DNA of 64,000 bases from Aplysia californica (lineage: Eukaryota). The number at the start of each line of letters is the position of its first letter. Position 1 is the first letter of the stretch. Shown piece after piece: positions 25,366-38,630 of the stretch. The notes under the pieces were generated by a model. That model worked only from the letters and a program-made list of their open reading frames with translations, was not told where the DNA came from and did no database searches. The stretch lies in contig NW_004797525.1 in assembly GCF_000002075.1 (NCBI RefSeq), forward strand, positions 705,124 through 769,123, given 5' to 3'. The translations under genes were made by a program, and so were the position numbers.

Positions 25366-26931
25366 CACGGCGTCACTTTTCGCCCGATTCTGTTACTTTT
25401 AGTTCGCGTGACTCAGCAGCCCGCCGGAGCTCCCCGGCTCGGGATCACGGGGTTAACGAGCCCTGAAGCGACTTTGCCGGTGTCGGTTAGGAAGTTCGCA
25501 TTTTTGACTATGTTTAAAACGATATAACTTCTTCCCCATCCCGCATAGCAAACCATCACGCGGATGTACTAAAAGCTCAATGTCTTGAGACTTTTTCTGC
25601 GTTAGAATGGTTAATATCTGTGCTTTAGTTTTTGTTCTAGACGAATATTTGTAGAGTACCCAATTTGTCCCATTTTAGTTACAAACTTATGAATAAATGA
25701 TTGTTAATTTAAAAAAGGCACACCAGAGCTCTCCAAAATCAGTGTTAAACTGACTACGAATACCATGTCTTTTACCATGAGAAATCTTAAATCTGCGCTA
25801 GTAGTAATAGTCAAGTTATAGAGAAGAAAGATGCACATCTGCATTTTTTAACGAAAGACGATCAGCGTTGACTCTTATTTTACTATTAAACAAGAGAAAG
25901 TTACTCTGTGGTTGTTCATGAATCATGCTGTGTCTGTGGCAGCCTGCATACAACTAAAAAGATATAATATAGAATCTAAGCGATAAAAAACCTACAAAAC
26001 CGTGTAAATACATGGGTAGAGATAAACTTCTTGTATGGAATAAAAATAATGACACATTCATTCTTAGTTTCGGAATTATGCACAATTATGAATGTAAAGA
26101 AATCAGTCTCATTGTCAGTTATTGCAAATGGTCATAGAAACGAAAAATAAAGCTGGAAAAGTCTGGTGCTGATTCAGTGTCCATGGACAGCTAGAAATTA
26201 TTCTTATAACCCAATTACGAGAAGTCATCTCTAATATTCATTAACTTACAAAACCTACACTAAGCGTTTTAAGAAAAGTAAGGAATTTCTGGAGTGTAAC
26301 AGATACTGTTCGTGTATTACATTGAAGATGTATTCTGGCACTAAAATCGATTTGTGCTTTTCATAGAGAAACTTCTTGGTAACTTTTATAAACTTTCGAA
26401 AAAATATGCGAATATTCAGGATTATATAAGACACATGAAGTTGTATTTGGAGGAATTACTTCATAGCGTGTTGTGTACCCGATGGATAAAGTTGCAAAAT
26501 TACAGCTTTCTAATGTATGTGCAGATACCATCTTTTCTGAGTGTCTGCACCAATGCTATGTCGTTCATGTTCTAAAAGTTCGACAGATTTTGAAAAGGCC
26601 TTTTTTTATATTGATTTATTTTCATTCACGCTAGTCCAAAAAAAAATTACAATTTAGCATTGCCGACTCCAGCGCGTCTAACGAAACAACCAGACAATTT
26701 ACAACGTCCGTTCTTTTTTGAGTCTCAAGAGCAGAACGCATGCTTTCGGTTCACTAAATGAGAATTGCCATAAATACTAGGATACACCTAAAATTGTACG
26801 TTGAAAAGTACCAAAAATTAAGTCGGCCCAGACAGCGGCGACAGGGAGCTGACCCCCGTGACCCCGACGTGATAAGGCGCCCGGCGGGGAACTACCCGTG
26901 GCAACTAAAATTCCACTGCCGATGTGCCGTG
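25366..26931. mobile_element. non-autonomous DNA transposon with CACGGC...GCCGTG ends
   Basis: Absent from the three paralogous GPCR 3' flanks; GC-rich subterminal inverted repeats (about 25440 and 26825-26867); no ORF. Confidence 0.65.
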
Positions 26932-27151
26932 GGGGAATGTTGGTTTGGTTTCTTTTTAAGGTTTCGTTTTTATTTTCTTAAAAACAAATGTCATAATTAT
27001 TCCTTTTCTTTTCGAAGTTGTCAGGATTTTATCATACTGTATTTTCAAATCATTAGTTAGGCAGTTTCAAAGGCTGGTCAAAACTCACCGATGGTTTGTA
27101 TATTCTAATAATATACGTTTTCAAAAAGTAGCAGCCCTTTGTGTTCTAATA

Positions 27152-27905
27152 TTAGCCCTTTGTGCCTCGGAGGAACATTTTGTCCAGGATCTGCTTGTAC
27201 TTTGAACTCATGTTGTAATACACAAAGATATTCACTGCGGAATTCGTTGCTGATAAGGAAGCAGAAAATGACCAAACCACTAATATCAGCAAAAACAAAT
27301 CTCCGTATTTCCCTGATGCGGTATATTCGGGTTCTAAACTTTGTGCAATAAAGTTAATTACACTTGGCGAGAGGCATACTGTGAAAATGATCGCAATAAA
27401 TAGAACCAACTTCACAACTTTCTTGTCTCTATTTGAAAAAGCATCATGATCTCCAGAACTGGAAGTAGACTTCCGCCATTTTGACTTACTAATAAGGTTT
27501 TGGACAAGGATTATAGAGCAAATGATGACGATGCTAAAGGTAATGAGTTGAGAGAAGGCATTAATCAAGATAACAGCACTTTCTATGGCAAAGCCGTTGG
27601 TAATATAAACGATTCTTATCTTGGTCTCGTTCTTTAGAGGAGAGTATCTGGGCTCCAGACGAAGGGCATAAAACACTAGCAGCAGGGCACCTATCATTGC
27701 CACGTATATGCTAACGAGTGCGATAACTGTTCTCTTTACTGTTATCATTGTTTTAACTTTCAGAGGCACAGCAATACAGAGACATCTTTCCAGCATTATG
27801 GAGGCTGTAATCCAACCAGAGATACGTGAAAAGCAAGTACCTGGCCACCCTGCCGTGAGATACAGGACATCCTTGGGATCAAAAGGCAGACACGCATTTG
27901 CAAAG
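27152..27905 (-). pseudogene. GPCR copy A: rhodopsin-type chemosensory/FMRFamide-receptor-like, 5'-truncated (lacks N-terminus, TM1, TM2)
   Basis: TM3-TM7 open (MLERCLCIAVPL, NSAVNIFVYYNMSSKYK). Homology to copies B and D stops at about 27905 (FANACLPF); upstream sequence is unrelated. Confidence 0.8.
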
Positions 27906-28470
27906 AAACCCCCGAAATCTGGGTTAGCCCGCTTGTCCTCAAAAGCGACCATATAGCAAACAAAAGTCCATGTTTAAGCGATTTTGTGTCTTTAGTTTTA
28001 CCCCCCCCCCCCTTCCCCCAATCCAAGCCCACTTTTAACTTTTATTCTCATTCTGTTTACTTTCACTAGATGTTGTACAAGGTTTGACCCTGTCTGTGAC
28101 ATCCAACCGGGACTGAGAGAGAGATCTAACATTCACTCAGAAATCTGAGCTCAACAGCTGGTTAGGAAAGATTCTTAAAGCTAATCATTGAATAAGAATG
28201 ACTCCACTAAATCGTTCACTTTATTTTTCTTCAAATCGTTTCGTATTTGTCTATGAAATGTTAAAACGAATTTGGGCTCATAACATTATAGTTGTGTGCG
28301 TTGAAATCAATAAAGAGATGCCGTTAATTATGGAAAATCTGGTTACTGACAGATTAAAAACAACTAATGAACTTAAACATGGAAGAAACAATGGTGTGCA
28401 TTAAAACAATACCGACTGTTTAATGTTATCTACAGCTGGTTTGTAAGAGAACAGCTGTTGTGACTGTGTG

Positions 28471-28538
28471 TATAAAAGAGAGACAGAGGACTAAGAGCCA
28501 CTGTACATCGCCTTGGTACATCTAATCAACACGTAGGT
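28471..28538 (+). promoter_or_regulatory. TATA box, likely TSS (about 28500) and short non-coding exon 1 of peptide copy 1
   Basis: TATAAAA at 28471-28477, CCACT Inr-like motif about 28 nt downstream, donor AC|GTAGGT at 28533 that can pair with the acceptor at 29833. Confidence 0.55.
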
Positions 28539-29179
28539 ATCAGCTCCTGTCTAAGGGAAAAGGTGGGTACACACGATGACACTTATGCGAGTCGAGAGTC
28601 CAGCTGCCTCATCTTTTGAGGTCGAGACTCGTTGAGGACGGTTCGTTCACAATGAGATCTCTGAGTTGTGTGACGTATCTGGTCTTTCTGACGTGAGACA
28701 AGTATAATTATTTATACACATTGTAAAGGTGTTGTCATGTAAAGCAATTGTCATGCGATCGCCAAGGGACGGACAAGTAGAACACAGAACACAGTAAATC
28801 GCTCTCCNNNNNNNNNNNNNNNNNNNNNNNNNNNNNNNNNNNNNNNNNNNNNNNNNNNNNNNNNNNNNNNNNNNNNNNNNNNNNNNNNNNNNNNNNNNNN
28901 NNNNNNNNNNNNNNNNNNNNNNNNNNNNNNNNNNNNNNNNNNNNNNNNNNNNNNNNNNNNNNNNNNNNNNNNNNNNNNNNNNNNNNNNNNNNNNNNTCCA
29001 GAAGGGCACTTTGGTTTACAAAGGCAAACATATATATGTAAATAAATATACATAATTATAAATACGTACACACATAAATACATTCAACAAATAAATTTAT
29101 AAATAAATACACAATATTACTCAAATACAGAACAGTCTACAACCACGCCATTTTCTGTCGCAACAGAGCAGGGCCCTGA

Positions 29180-29653
29180 ACTGTCTCTTATCAACTATCT
29201 CTGGTCAACTGTCTTTTGCCAACTGTATTTTGCCAACTATCTCTTGTCAACTGTCTCTTGTAACTGTCTCTTGTCAACTGTCTCTAGTCAGCTATCACTT
29301 GTCAACTGTCTCTTGTCAACTGTTTCTTGTAACTGCCTCTTGTCAACTGTCTCTTGTCAACTATCTCTGGTCAACTGTCTTTTGCCAACTGTCTCTTGTA
29401 ACTGTCTCTTGTCAACTGTCTCTAGTCAGCTATCACTTGTCAACTGTCTCCTGTCAACTGTCTTTTGTTAGCTGTCTGTTGTCAACTGTGTCTTGTCAAC
29501 TGTCTTTTGTAAACTGTCTCTGGTCAGCTGTGTCTTGTCAGGAGTCTTTTGTCAACTGTCTCTTGTCAACTGTCTCTTGTTAATTGTCTCCTGTCAACTG
29601 TCTTTGCCAACTGTCTTGTGTTAACTGTCTCCTGTCAACTGTCTCTTGTCAAC
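29180..29653. repeat. 15-bp minisatellite (TGTCAACTGTCTCTT)n in the peptide-gene intron; paralog ends near 46135
   Basis: Direct inspection. Confidence 0.92.
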
Positions 29654-29856
29654 CAAGGACCCACACAAAAGCTTGTGGTGAACCCATCTAAAAGAGCGGT
29701 TAGCTGTGCTTCTCCTTCTCGTCCGTTGTCGTTCGTGAAGTAGCTCTTTGCTTGATTTTACCCACACAGAGATTTGGCAAAGTCTGGGAATTGATTTGTG
29801 CTGTTGTCTTTATTTCTGTATTTCTTCACCTAGCCACGAGACAAGCTAACAACAGC

Positions 29857-30108
29857 ATGAGGCTCTCGTTTCTCCCGTCTCTTCTGCTGGTTCTTTTCCT
29901 CGTCCTTCACGGGCACGTAGGGAAGACATCGGGATGTAGAAAAGATCCCTACCCTTACACAATTGAATATAAAGTACATAATGTGCAGCGTGATGTGAGA
30001 GGAGACCTGATGGACCAGCTTCCCTCTGATGAGACAGATATTTTGACAAGGACCACGCAACAACATTCTACCTTACTCAAGAAGAAAATCGAAGCTTCCT
30101 CACCATGA
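29857..30108 (+). CDS. small secreted prepropeptide, copy 1 (83 aa: MRLSFLPSLLLVLFLVLHGHVGKTSG-CRKDPYPYTIEYKVHNVQR-DVRGDLMDQLPSDETDILTRTTQQHSTLLKKKIEASSP)
   Basis: Hydrophobic signal peptide, good start context (agcATGa), acceptor tttcttcacctAG at 29833, upstream TATA and non-coding exon, frame kept in the paralog at 46340. Confidence 0.72.
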   Translation: MRLSFLPSLLLVLFLVLHGHVGKTSGCRKDPYPYTIEYKVHNVQRDVRGDLMDQLPSDETDILTRTTQQHSTLLKKKIEASSP

Positions 30109-33100
30109 AAAAAAGGTGAGATATGATTGTATGCTGTAGCAACAGACGGAAAAGGTTAGAGGTTAAAGGTGAAAAAAGAAATATTTCTGATATAAACAAC
30201 AGTCAATAATAAGCTCTAGGTATTAATATAGTTCTACAATAATGATAATATTATAGAAAAGACAAAAAAATCTTCAGAGATAAAGAAAAAAAAATCAAAC
30301 TATACTTCACAAGGAGAGGTAGTCACCAATAATAAGTTCAAGGTGTCAAACATTAAGAAACAGACAATAAATATTATGAAATATCGAGTGCGAATTCATT
30401 ATCTTCGGGAGGACCAAAACAATAGGAGTTCCAGCAAAGTTCTATAAATTCTGGGTATAGAAGTTTTGAGAGGACACAGTTTAACGTACATGTATATTGT
30501 GTTCGGTCTTGTTGAGCTGTGGACAAAAATGAGTTAGGTTCACATCTGCCAGGTCAGTTTGGTTTGGATCATATTTTTTTACACTGTAGGTTGGAACTAT
30601 GTTTTCTAGTTTTCTTTCAGGGAGCAATTTTTAAATTATAATGTATTGGTTTTGTTTTAGCCCAGTTTCATTCGTTTAGTCCTATCACATTTCGTTTACT
30701 TTCTACATGCCCTGATGAGTTTGCTGTAACTTATGTTGCTTATTTAGTTCTTCAGCTGTTTTTAGTTACGTTTGGGTTCCACAGTGAAACTGACTTTATT
30801 AATTATCTATTTCTGCTCTCTTTAGTTTGGTTTGGCTTAGAGAGTCTAGTTTACTCAAGGTAAGTCTCAACTTAACTGTGTTAAAATTTACATTCTCATT
30901 GTAACTGGATCTACACAGATGTAATTTTTGCTATCCTAATCATTTTTTATTTTAGATGTATGTGACACCGTAGAACATTCGATGTGTTATTGAACAATCC
31001 AACACAATAGCTCTCCGTGTGGTTTAAAATGTACACCTCTGTTAAATACCAAAGTGAAAGATGAAATACGCGTGTATATGTTACAAAAGCAACATACTTA
31101 TTTCGGAAAGCCAACTTCCCCACCCACTTTTACAAGACACGGGTATAAAACTAATCCAAATAGAATAATGACAAAATCTTGGATATAATGGCAAAATTTC
31201 TGGCATAAAGTCAATTTCCAATAAAGCCAAGTCAATTGAATGGAAGACTGGGATAACCTAACAACGCACATTCTAAATCATCGCGTTGTACATTTGATCC
31301 AGGACCACTTGGGTTTCTGACAGTCTAGCGTGACAGCCGTGGCGCGAACTAAACAAACAATACTACTCGTTGTACACTGATGACCATGTCAGAATTCGTT
31401 TTTCTACCAGCACTCATGTCGAGCTGTTTATTTTAAACCTCTGATTTCGTCAGCGTTTTCTGATGCTGACCATCAACGCTTACTAGTCAAGCATGAATCT
31501 GTCCCCGTCGTTTTATTCAAGGAAAATCCTGAAACTATGCAAAATGAGCCCAAAAGATGTGAAATTATAAGATTCTGATAATTTAAACTAAGAATGATAC
31601 AAAGAAAATAATCATAAATTATGCCAGAAATGAACACATTTTGCTAAATTATGCGGGGTGCATAAACCCAGGGGTACAGATGAATCAAAAGTGTTGTTAC
31701 GTTCGTGTTTATCATCTGCACTCATGTCTCAGTGTCCATTTTTCACCCTCTGATGTCAGCAACGACTTCTGATACTGACCATCAACCTTTTCAGGACAGG
31801 AACAAATCACCAGTGACGCGATCTGAGGCTTACGACACGGCTGGAGTCCCACAAGATCAACCAGCTGCCAAATTTTAATTAAATACTGGCTCCAACGTCA
31901 CCTCCAATAACAACAACGACGACAACAATAAAACTACAACATAATCATCATCAGCAACAACAACAACAGCAACAAAAACCACCAACGACAACGGCAACTA
32001 CAACAACAACAACAATAAAAAAAAAATAACAACAAGGAAGAAAGTCATTGTTTTCATTTTTAAGACAAGGGTCTCACGGAATGTGTCTTAACAACATCAA
32101 AAGTGAGACAAGGCTGCATCCTTTCACCCCTTTCGCGTCCTTGGTGTAGGCACTTCGCTGTTGCACACAGTAGGCCTGAGTTCGATTCCCGAGTGGGGAG
32201 AAAAAATGTATCGAGTGTTTTGGACTTTCTGCTTGGGTATTGCATCCCTCTCAGCCCGGATTGGACCTGACAGACGGGGTCGGAAGCCCACCTCCTAAAT
32301 GATATTTATTTTGGCGATGTGGGTGTAAAAACTGAAACATTCAAAAAGAGCAAACTCTTCATCGCCACACACACCACCAAAGTGAAGAAAACATGCAGCA
32401 AATGTGACACACAGTTCAGCACCAACAAAATGTGTCACAACGCGGTGGTATCAGGCGTTCCTCAATTTTGGGACATGTTGAGTTATTGGTATCGTCTTAA
32501 AGATTGCTCGTTTGTCTCGAACCCACGGTCTTACTGATGCGAGTCTGAGAGCCTAATCACTAGGCCACCGATCCTTCTAGGTTTTATACATTTGTATGTC
32601 TAACAATCTAAACACTAAACTTTACCACGTTGTTTGTACATGTGTCCTGGAGTCACAGTAAAAACTTTTTTTAAACTTTTAACCCGGTACGATTCGATTC
32701 TATTGAGTTTACATGCAATGTTTTGCAGTAAGATCATTCATCGCTTTTTAAGCATGGCTTTTATCCCCTACCCCTCAAAAACAACCAAAGACCAGAAACA
32801 AAAACAAAAGAGCAAAAAACAAACAAACCAACAACAACAAAACAAAACGACTTTGAACAAAAAAAATCAACTATGAGGAACCGTCTAAACCATAAGCTAG
32901 TTGAAGGTGTAAAGTTATATAGATTGTATATGCACACAGGATTAATCTAAAAGAAATATTCAAGAAAAGTGTAGAGGTGTATGGCAAAGAATGTGAATAG
33001 AAAAAGCAGGAATATTATTTCTGAAACTTTTTGTGCAACTCAGGACAGACGAATATGCAACTTGCAGGACTCCGATAAAGTCAGAGGTTAGCATTCTGCC

Positions 33101-33339
33101 AAGGAGTTGTTCACCTCTGTGTTTCGTTTAAATGTTATTAAAAATGCTTCTCGGTGGTCTTTCGGATTGGAACACATATCAATACATTGAGCTACCATTA
33201 TTGTTGTGGACAGTTGCGAGAATCTGTTTACGATATGAGCAGTGACACTGTTCTCCAATAAGACGACATCACTCTTTACAACGGGAATCAAATTACAGAC
33301 TTGATCCAAAGGCAGGATTAGGGATACCTGGATACCTGG

Positions 33340-34320
33340 ATACCTGTAACTGTCATCTCTGCCCCAGAGGTTGACGTGTAATGACCCTCCATCTTTCACG
33401 GTCGCTAGCTGCCGTTGCACATTCTGTCGTATCCAGGACAGTCCATGTTCTTATGTTGCTCATCAATGCAATATTTTGCCTTCCTCTAGCTCTCCTGACC
33501 CACATCTTTCCTTCAAGCACCTCTTTCACAATGGTCTCATATCGTTTTGAGTGGCCATAGTATTGTATTTTTCTACATTCTATTTTGTTCAGCAAGGTTT
33601 GTCTTGTGTGTAGAATCTGACACACCTCTTTGTTGGTCTTTTTTGTTTTCCAACTTATTCTGGCCATTCTACAGTAGCGCCACATCTCAGACGCATATAT
33701 TTTGTTTTCTTCTTTCCTTGTCAAAGTCCAGGTCTCTGCAATATATATGAATATGGGGAAGGTGTAGCAAGACAGCATTTTCTTTCTTAAAGTGAGAGAT
33801 ACTTGCCTGGATTTAAATAGTTTGTACATTTGGCTGAATCTTGATTTTGCAGCCTGCTGATCTTATATTCATTACCTTTTCACTTCTTCCATCGTTTGTG
33901 ATTGTTGCCCTTAGATATTTGAATGGGCGTACTTGATTTATCCACTTCCCATCAATATCAATGGTTATGTCTGTTGTTGTCCCAGAAGATTTTGATAAGA
34001 CTCTATATGAGGTTGGGGGGGGGGGGAGATTGGCATTGATGTCGAGGCCTGTCTTGCTGCTGTTCACTTTTAGTTCTTTCACAATTTTAGAAAGATATTC
34101 GTTTGTGTTTGCAAGCAGAACTGTATCATCCGCGTATCTAGGGATTTTAATATTATTCTGATATTTTATTACACACTTTAATTGCTGCCTCCTGCTGCCA
34201 GTAAAGCTTTCCTATTATTCGTATATCTCTGCCATCAATACCTATCTTCTCCAAACATTCAATCATGCTGATGTGATGGATTCTGTCAAAAGCTTTTGAA
34301 TCGTCAATGAAGCAAGGAAA
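33340..34320 (-). mobile_element. decayed RTE-like LINE within duplication unit 1
   Basis: YADDTVL, FKYL..ITNDGRS, ETWTL, YYGH motifs. Confidence 0.8.
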
Positions 34321-35720
34321 GAGGTCTTAATGGACTTGAATATTTTTCTGTACTACTGTGTTCATGTAGACGATTCCATTTCTATTGCCTCTTCCATACC
34401 CGAAGCCGAACCATTCTTCTCCAGTTTTTTGTGGGAGGGATTTAAAAAAGTGTGTGGGGGGAGGGGGGTGGGGGGGTGGGGTGGGGGGTTTATTGTGGCA
34501 TCCTCCTCACATTCCCAACCATGTTCCATTCGAATTTCATCTTTTCTGGTTTCAAGAGCTTTTTTAGTTGGAAAGAAGCCCAGAGAATAATGTGACAATT
34601 CTATCGCAGACGTTCGCTTTTGTCTATGGTCTTTTCATCAGGTGTTTTCCAATATGAAAATCCTGGGTTAAGATGCTGGTAAAAAAAACCTCTTAGATTT
34701 GCATAGGAACAATCCTGAAAACTAGCCTAGAAGTGAGTGAGGGTTATTGAGATCCATACAAAATTTCTTTCCCACTTGCCATTTTCAAATTACTTGACAG
34801 AGAGCCCTCGTACACACACAATACATAAAAACAACTCAACAAAAGCCAAAGTTTAACAGACAAACGTTTATTGCTTCTGGTTGTCTATCCACTCAAGATT
34901 TGATTCTTCTTTTTTTTAAAAATAATCCAGTGTGCTATATCAACTCTCCTGTTATATTAAGTAGTTTGTGTAAATACAGAGGGTTGATTTTTAAGTGGTG
35001 CCAAATTAGAGAGATAAAAACAAGGAGGAAAAAATGATAAATATGATACAGATGTGTAATAAGCCCAAAAATAATAACAACACAGCAAGTAGTACATCTA
35101 GTTAATGGACTTTGGAAGGAAAGCTCCGGTTCTTTACGAGGGGGGGGGGGGGAGTGCTAAAGGGATCTTTTATTATTTTCTGTGAAGGAAATGTATATGA
35201 AATCAGTATAGGTCCCTTCAGCCATGGGTGAAGAATAAATCTGAAACTATTCTTACGAAATATCTGACGTGTCAACATCAAAGAATGAACTGGGTTGTCG
35301 GAAAGAGAACTCTTCGACTGGATACCAGGCTCAGGAACGCAGAAAATCATCTCGACAGCTTCGCAGCACTCGGGACCTTCAGACCACGAGTGATTCCCGT
35401 CAGCCCCAGAATTGACAAACAAGGTCAAAGCAGCCTGCTTCCTAAACCATTTAAATCGTGCCAATGGGACATAAATAATTTATTATCATTTTTGGGTCTG
35501 TGGCAATGTTGGTTTGGTTTCTTTTTAAGGTTTCGTTTTTATTTTCTTAAAAACAAATGTCATAATTATTCCTTTTCTTTTCGAAGTTGTCAGGATTTGA
35601 TCATACTGTATTTTCAAATCATTAGTTAGGCAGTTTCAAAGGCTGGTCAAAACTCACAGTTGGTTTGTATATTATAATAATATACGTTTTCGAAAAGTAG
35701 CAGCTCTTTGTGTTCTAATA

Positions 35721-36748
35721 TTAGCCCTTTGTGCATCGGAGAAGCATTTTGTCCAGGATCTGCTTGTACTTTGAACTCATGTTGTAATACACAAAGATAT
35801 TCACTGCAGAATTCGTTGCTGATAAGGAAGCAGAAAATGACCATATCACTAATATCAGCAAAAACAAATCTCCGTATTTCCCTGATGCGGTATATTCGGG
35901 TTCTAAACTTTGTGCAATAAAGTTAATTACACTTGGCAAGAGGCATACTATGAAAATGATCGCAATAAATAGAACCAACTTCACAATTTTCTTGTCTCTA
36001 TATGAAAAAGCATCATGATCTCCAGAACTGGAAGTAGACTTCCGCCATTTTGACTTACTAATAAGGTTTTGGACAAGGATTATAGAGCAAATGATGACGA
36101 TGCTAAAGGTAATGAGTTGAGAGAAGGCATTAATCAAGAAAACAGCACTTTCTATGGCAAAGCCGTTGGTAATATAAACGATTCTTATCTTGGTCTCGTT
36201 CTTTAGAGGAGAGTATCTGGGCTCCAGACGAAGGGCATAAAACACTAGCAGCAGGGCACCTATCATTGCCACGTATATGCTAACGAGTGCGATAACTGTT
36301 CTCTTTACTGTTATCACTGTTTTAACTTTCAGAGGCACAGCAATACAGAGACATCTTTCAAGCATTATGGAGGCTGTAATCCAACCAGAGATACGTGAAA
36401 AGCAAGTACCTGGCCACCCTGCCGTGAGATCCAGACCTCCTTGGGATCAAAAGACAGACACGCATTTGCAAAGGAAGGGTTAAAACCAATACTCAGCCAG
36501 AGCGACGCAATCAGTACCCCTATATCGGCAACGACCAGGCTGAACAAAGAGATGATCACCGTGTCTTTAAAGCCCTGTCTGATAAAAACGATTAGGTTGA
36601 TGACGTTAGCCACAATGCCAAAGAAGCTGATGGCTCCTAAAATAATTACGTAGAAACTGATGACAAAAATTGCAAGGACTAGATCGTTGACCATTCTGCT
36701 AGGCAGTGGTCCAAACGACGTTCCATAAGTTTCGTTTCCAGAGGCCAT
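35721..36748 (-). pseudogene. GPCR copy B: full span, 1-bp frameshift near 36432 (342 aa if repaired)
   Basis: MASGNETYG start at 36748. The span is 1028 nt and splits into two ORFs; gccgtgagatccagacctcc is 1 nt shorter than in copies A and D. Confidence 0.8.
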
Positions 36749-37390
36749 CTCTGTTCTCTTGTGGCGTTTCTCCAACACCTGAACTTGCACAAACACTAGA
36801 GCTGTATAAATAGAGAACAAACGACGTGTTGATACGACCACCAGAGCCTGCCTGTTAAATTTTGAAAATCTTATTTGAGTGCGCGAAATGAACTTAAATA
36901 AATATTGTTTAAAATTAATAGATAAATGAGTAAATGAAGAGATAAATAGATACATAAGTAAAAGAATAGATAAATAAATAAATAGCATATAATAANNNNN
37001 NNNNNNNNNNNNNNNNNNNNNNNNNNNNNNNNNNNNNNNNNNNNNNNNNNNNNNNNNNNNNNNNNNNNNNNNNNNNNNNNNNNNNNNNNNNNNNNNNNNN
37101 NNNNNNNNNNNNNNNNNNNNNNNNNNNNNNNNNNNNNNNNNNNNNNNNNNNNNNNNNNNNACTGCAATTAAAAAGCTATTATCCACACTCTCCGCACGCT
37201 GTATTAGTTTAGATAAACCATACAGAAATGAATAACACATAAACGATTCAGCAAGTGCAGACAACGTTTATAAAAATAAAAAAATGGTTTTAACAAAAAA
37301 GAACAACGAACTTTTGTTTCCACATAAATCCATAAAGATTTGCTTTCTTCGCTCTGAATAGTTCAAGAGTATGTTATGCACAATGAGACC

Positions 37391-37922
37391 GGGGGCTTTC
37401 GTGGCCAAGAGGTTAAGGTGGCTGCCTCTCATTCAACAGGGCCAGGGTTCAAGTCCTGACAGCGACTGAACAATTTCTTGTCTAAAATGTTTCCCTTTAA
37501 CCCTCTTTCCTGCTCTCTAGCAATGTTCTGTCGTCTGTTTGCGTCTCCGATTCCCCCCCCCCCAAACCTACTTTGCCCCCTCCTCTAGGCCCCCGACTCT
37601 TTCTGCAGCCTTTATACTGCTTCTCCTTGGCTCATTCTCACCTCTGATTTTATGGTAGGTCTTATCTAGCACCTAGCCTTCTCGGACAAGAGCCAAAAAT
37701 CCCCGAAGTCCCGTGTGCGAGTCACGTACGCTAAAGATCCCTTGGTGGTCCAAAATCGATAAGAGTAGCCTTCGGCCGCCACCCGGGCAAAGTTCAAAAT
37801 GTCCTACCAACTGAAGCTGTTCAGTGTGTCCCGCGCGCCCATAAGACCTTACGCAGTTGTGAACGCGCGTAAAACACTTACCAAGAAAAACAAAAACAAA
37901 AACAAAAACAAAACAAAAAACA
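37391..37922 (+). mobile_element. tRNA-derived SINE family 2, full length
   Basis: GTGGCCAAGAGG/GGTTCAAGTCC boxes, LINE-type tail plus (CAAAA)n, TSD ACAATGAGACC. Confidence 0.82.
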
Positions 37923-38009
37923 ACAATGAGACCTAAAATATTTACATTCTATTACGTTTCGTTTTGAACTGCAAAAACCTAACATAAAAAAGATAATTTA
38001 ATTGTGAGT

Positions 38010-38128
38010 ACCTTTTTCCGTAGTTGATGTGGAACAGATTCTAACTAGACAACAGCTTCTCAGTGAGACTATAAGGACACAAGACCCAGTTGACAGTTTC
38101 AAGTACACACGCCTCCAATACTTTATAG
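38010..38128 (-). promoter_or_regulatory. candidate TATA box and non-coding first exon of GPCR copy B
   Basis: Minus strand: TATAAAG near 38122-38128 and donor AAG|GTACTC at 38011. The homologous block lies at about 58815-58950; an acceptor-like tttcaacAG sits about 100 nt upstream of the copy D ATG. Confidence 0.35.
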
Positions 38129-38391
38129 AAATTATAGAAATAAGTAAGCATTTAATTTAGTAGATCTATCCTTTTGGTATTTCCCCGTTAACGAAGCATT
38201 CGCACTAAGTGTACCCTAAGTTGAAACATCAGAACAGTCAACGGGTGAACGTTCAACGTCATGGTCAGGAGAAAAAAATGACGACCTGTTTTAAAAAACG
38301 ATATCGTCCTTGTTGTAAACCTTTTAAAAGTCTGTAGAAACCACGCATTGGAATTTTGTATTAGTATTTTTATGAGGATTTTTTACGTTTA

Positions 38392-38630
38392 CCCTATCCG
38401 CACGTCGTGTTTTACCTTCTTATCCATATGACGTGAGGAACTCTGTGCAACCACGTTCCAAAGAGGAAATTTACTCGTTAATCCGATCCGTACGCTTTGC
38501 ATAGCAGTCTGTGAAAATGATTTTTGGAGAAACACTGAAAGTTTCAAAGAGATCTTCCGTCTAGAAGTATTCTATAATGTGAAGAATATAACCCCTGGGT
38601 ACAAAATGACCTGGGGGTTTATGGATGAGG
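38392..38630. mobile_element. piggyBac-like MITE (same family; duplicate at 41731-41969, partial inverted copy from 16933)
   Basis: CCCTATCCG...GG|TTAA termini; internal identity to the 54967 copy. Confidence 0.72.

Larger units (their letters stand above)
22200..27905. repeat. older, more diverged copy of the GPCR downstream block with GPCR A
   Basis: Shares anchors with 32560-35720 and 54170-57037 (ccataagctagt, ggtcccttcagccatggg, aaagcagcctgcttcctaaac). Confidence 0.7.
29600..38250. repeat. segmental duplication unit 1 (peptide gene, spacer, RTE fragment, GPCR B)
   Basis: Collinear with 46082-59020 once copy-specific insertions are removed. Confidence 0.85.

Noticed and set aside
27906-27952. 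Alternative N-terminus or spliced 5' exon rescuing GPCR A
   Set aside because: Non-ATG start, no homology to the other copies, no convincing pyrimidine tract, and no TM1-TM2 exon found upstream (a small gap at 28808-28996 remains unseen).
27139-27956. Plus-strand ORFs overlapping the GPCRs (MCSNISPL..., MLTSAITV...) repeated in each copy
   Set aside because: Antisense shadows conserved only because the DNA was recently duplicated.
29230-29743. Cys/Ser/Leu-rich repetitive ORFs (also 52177..52653)
   Set aside because: Translations of the 15-bp and 57-bp tandem repeats.
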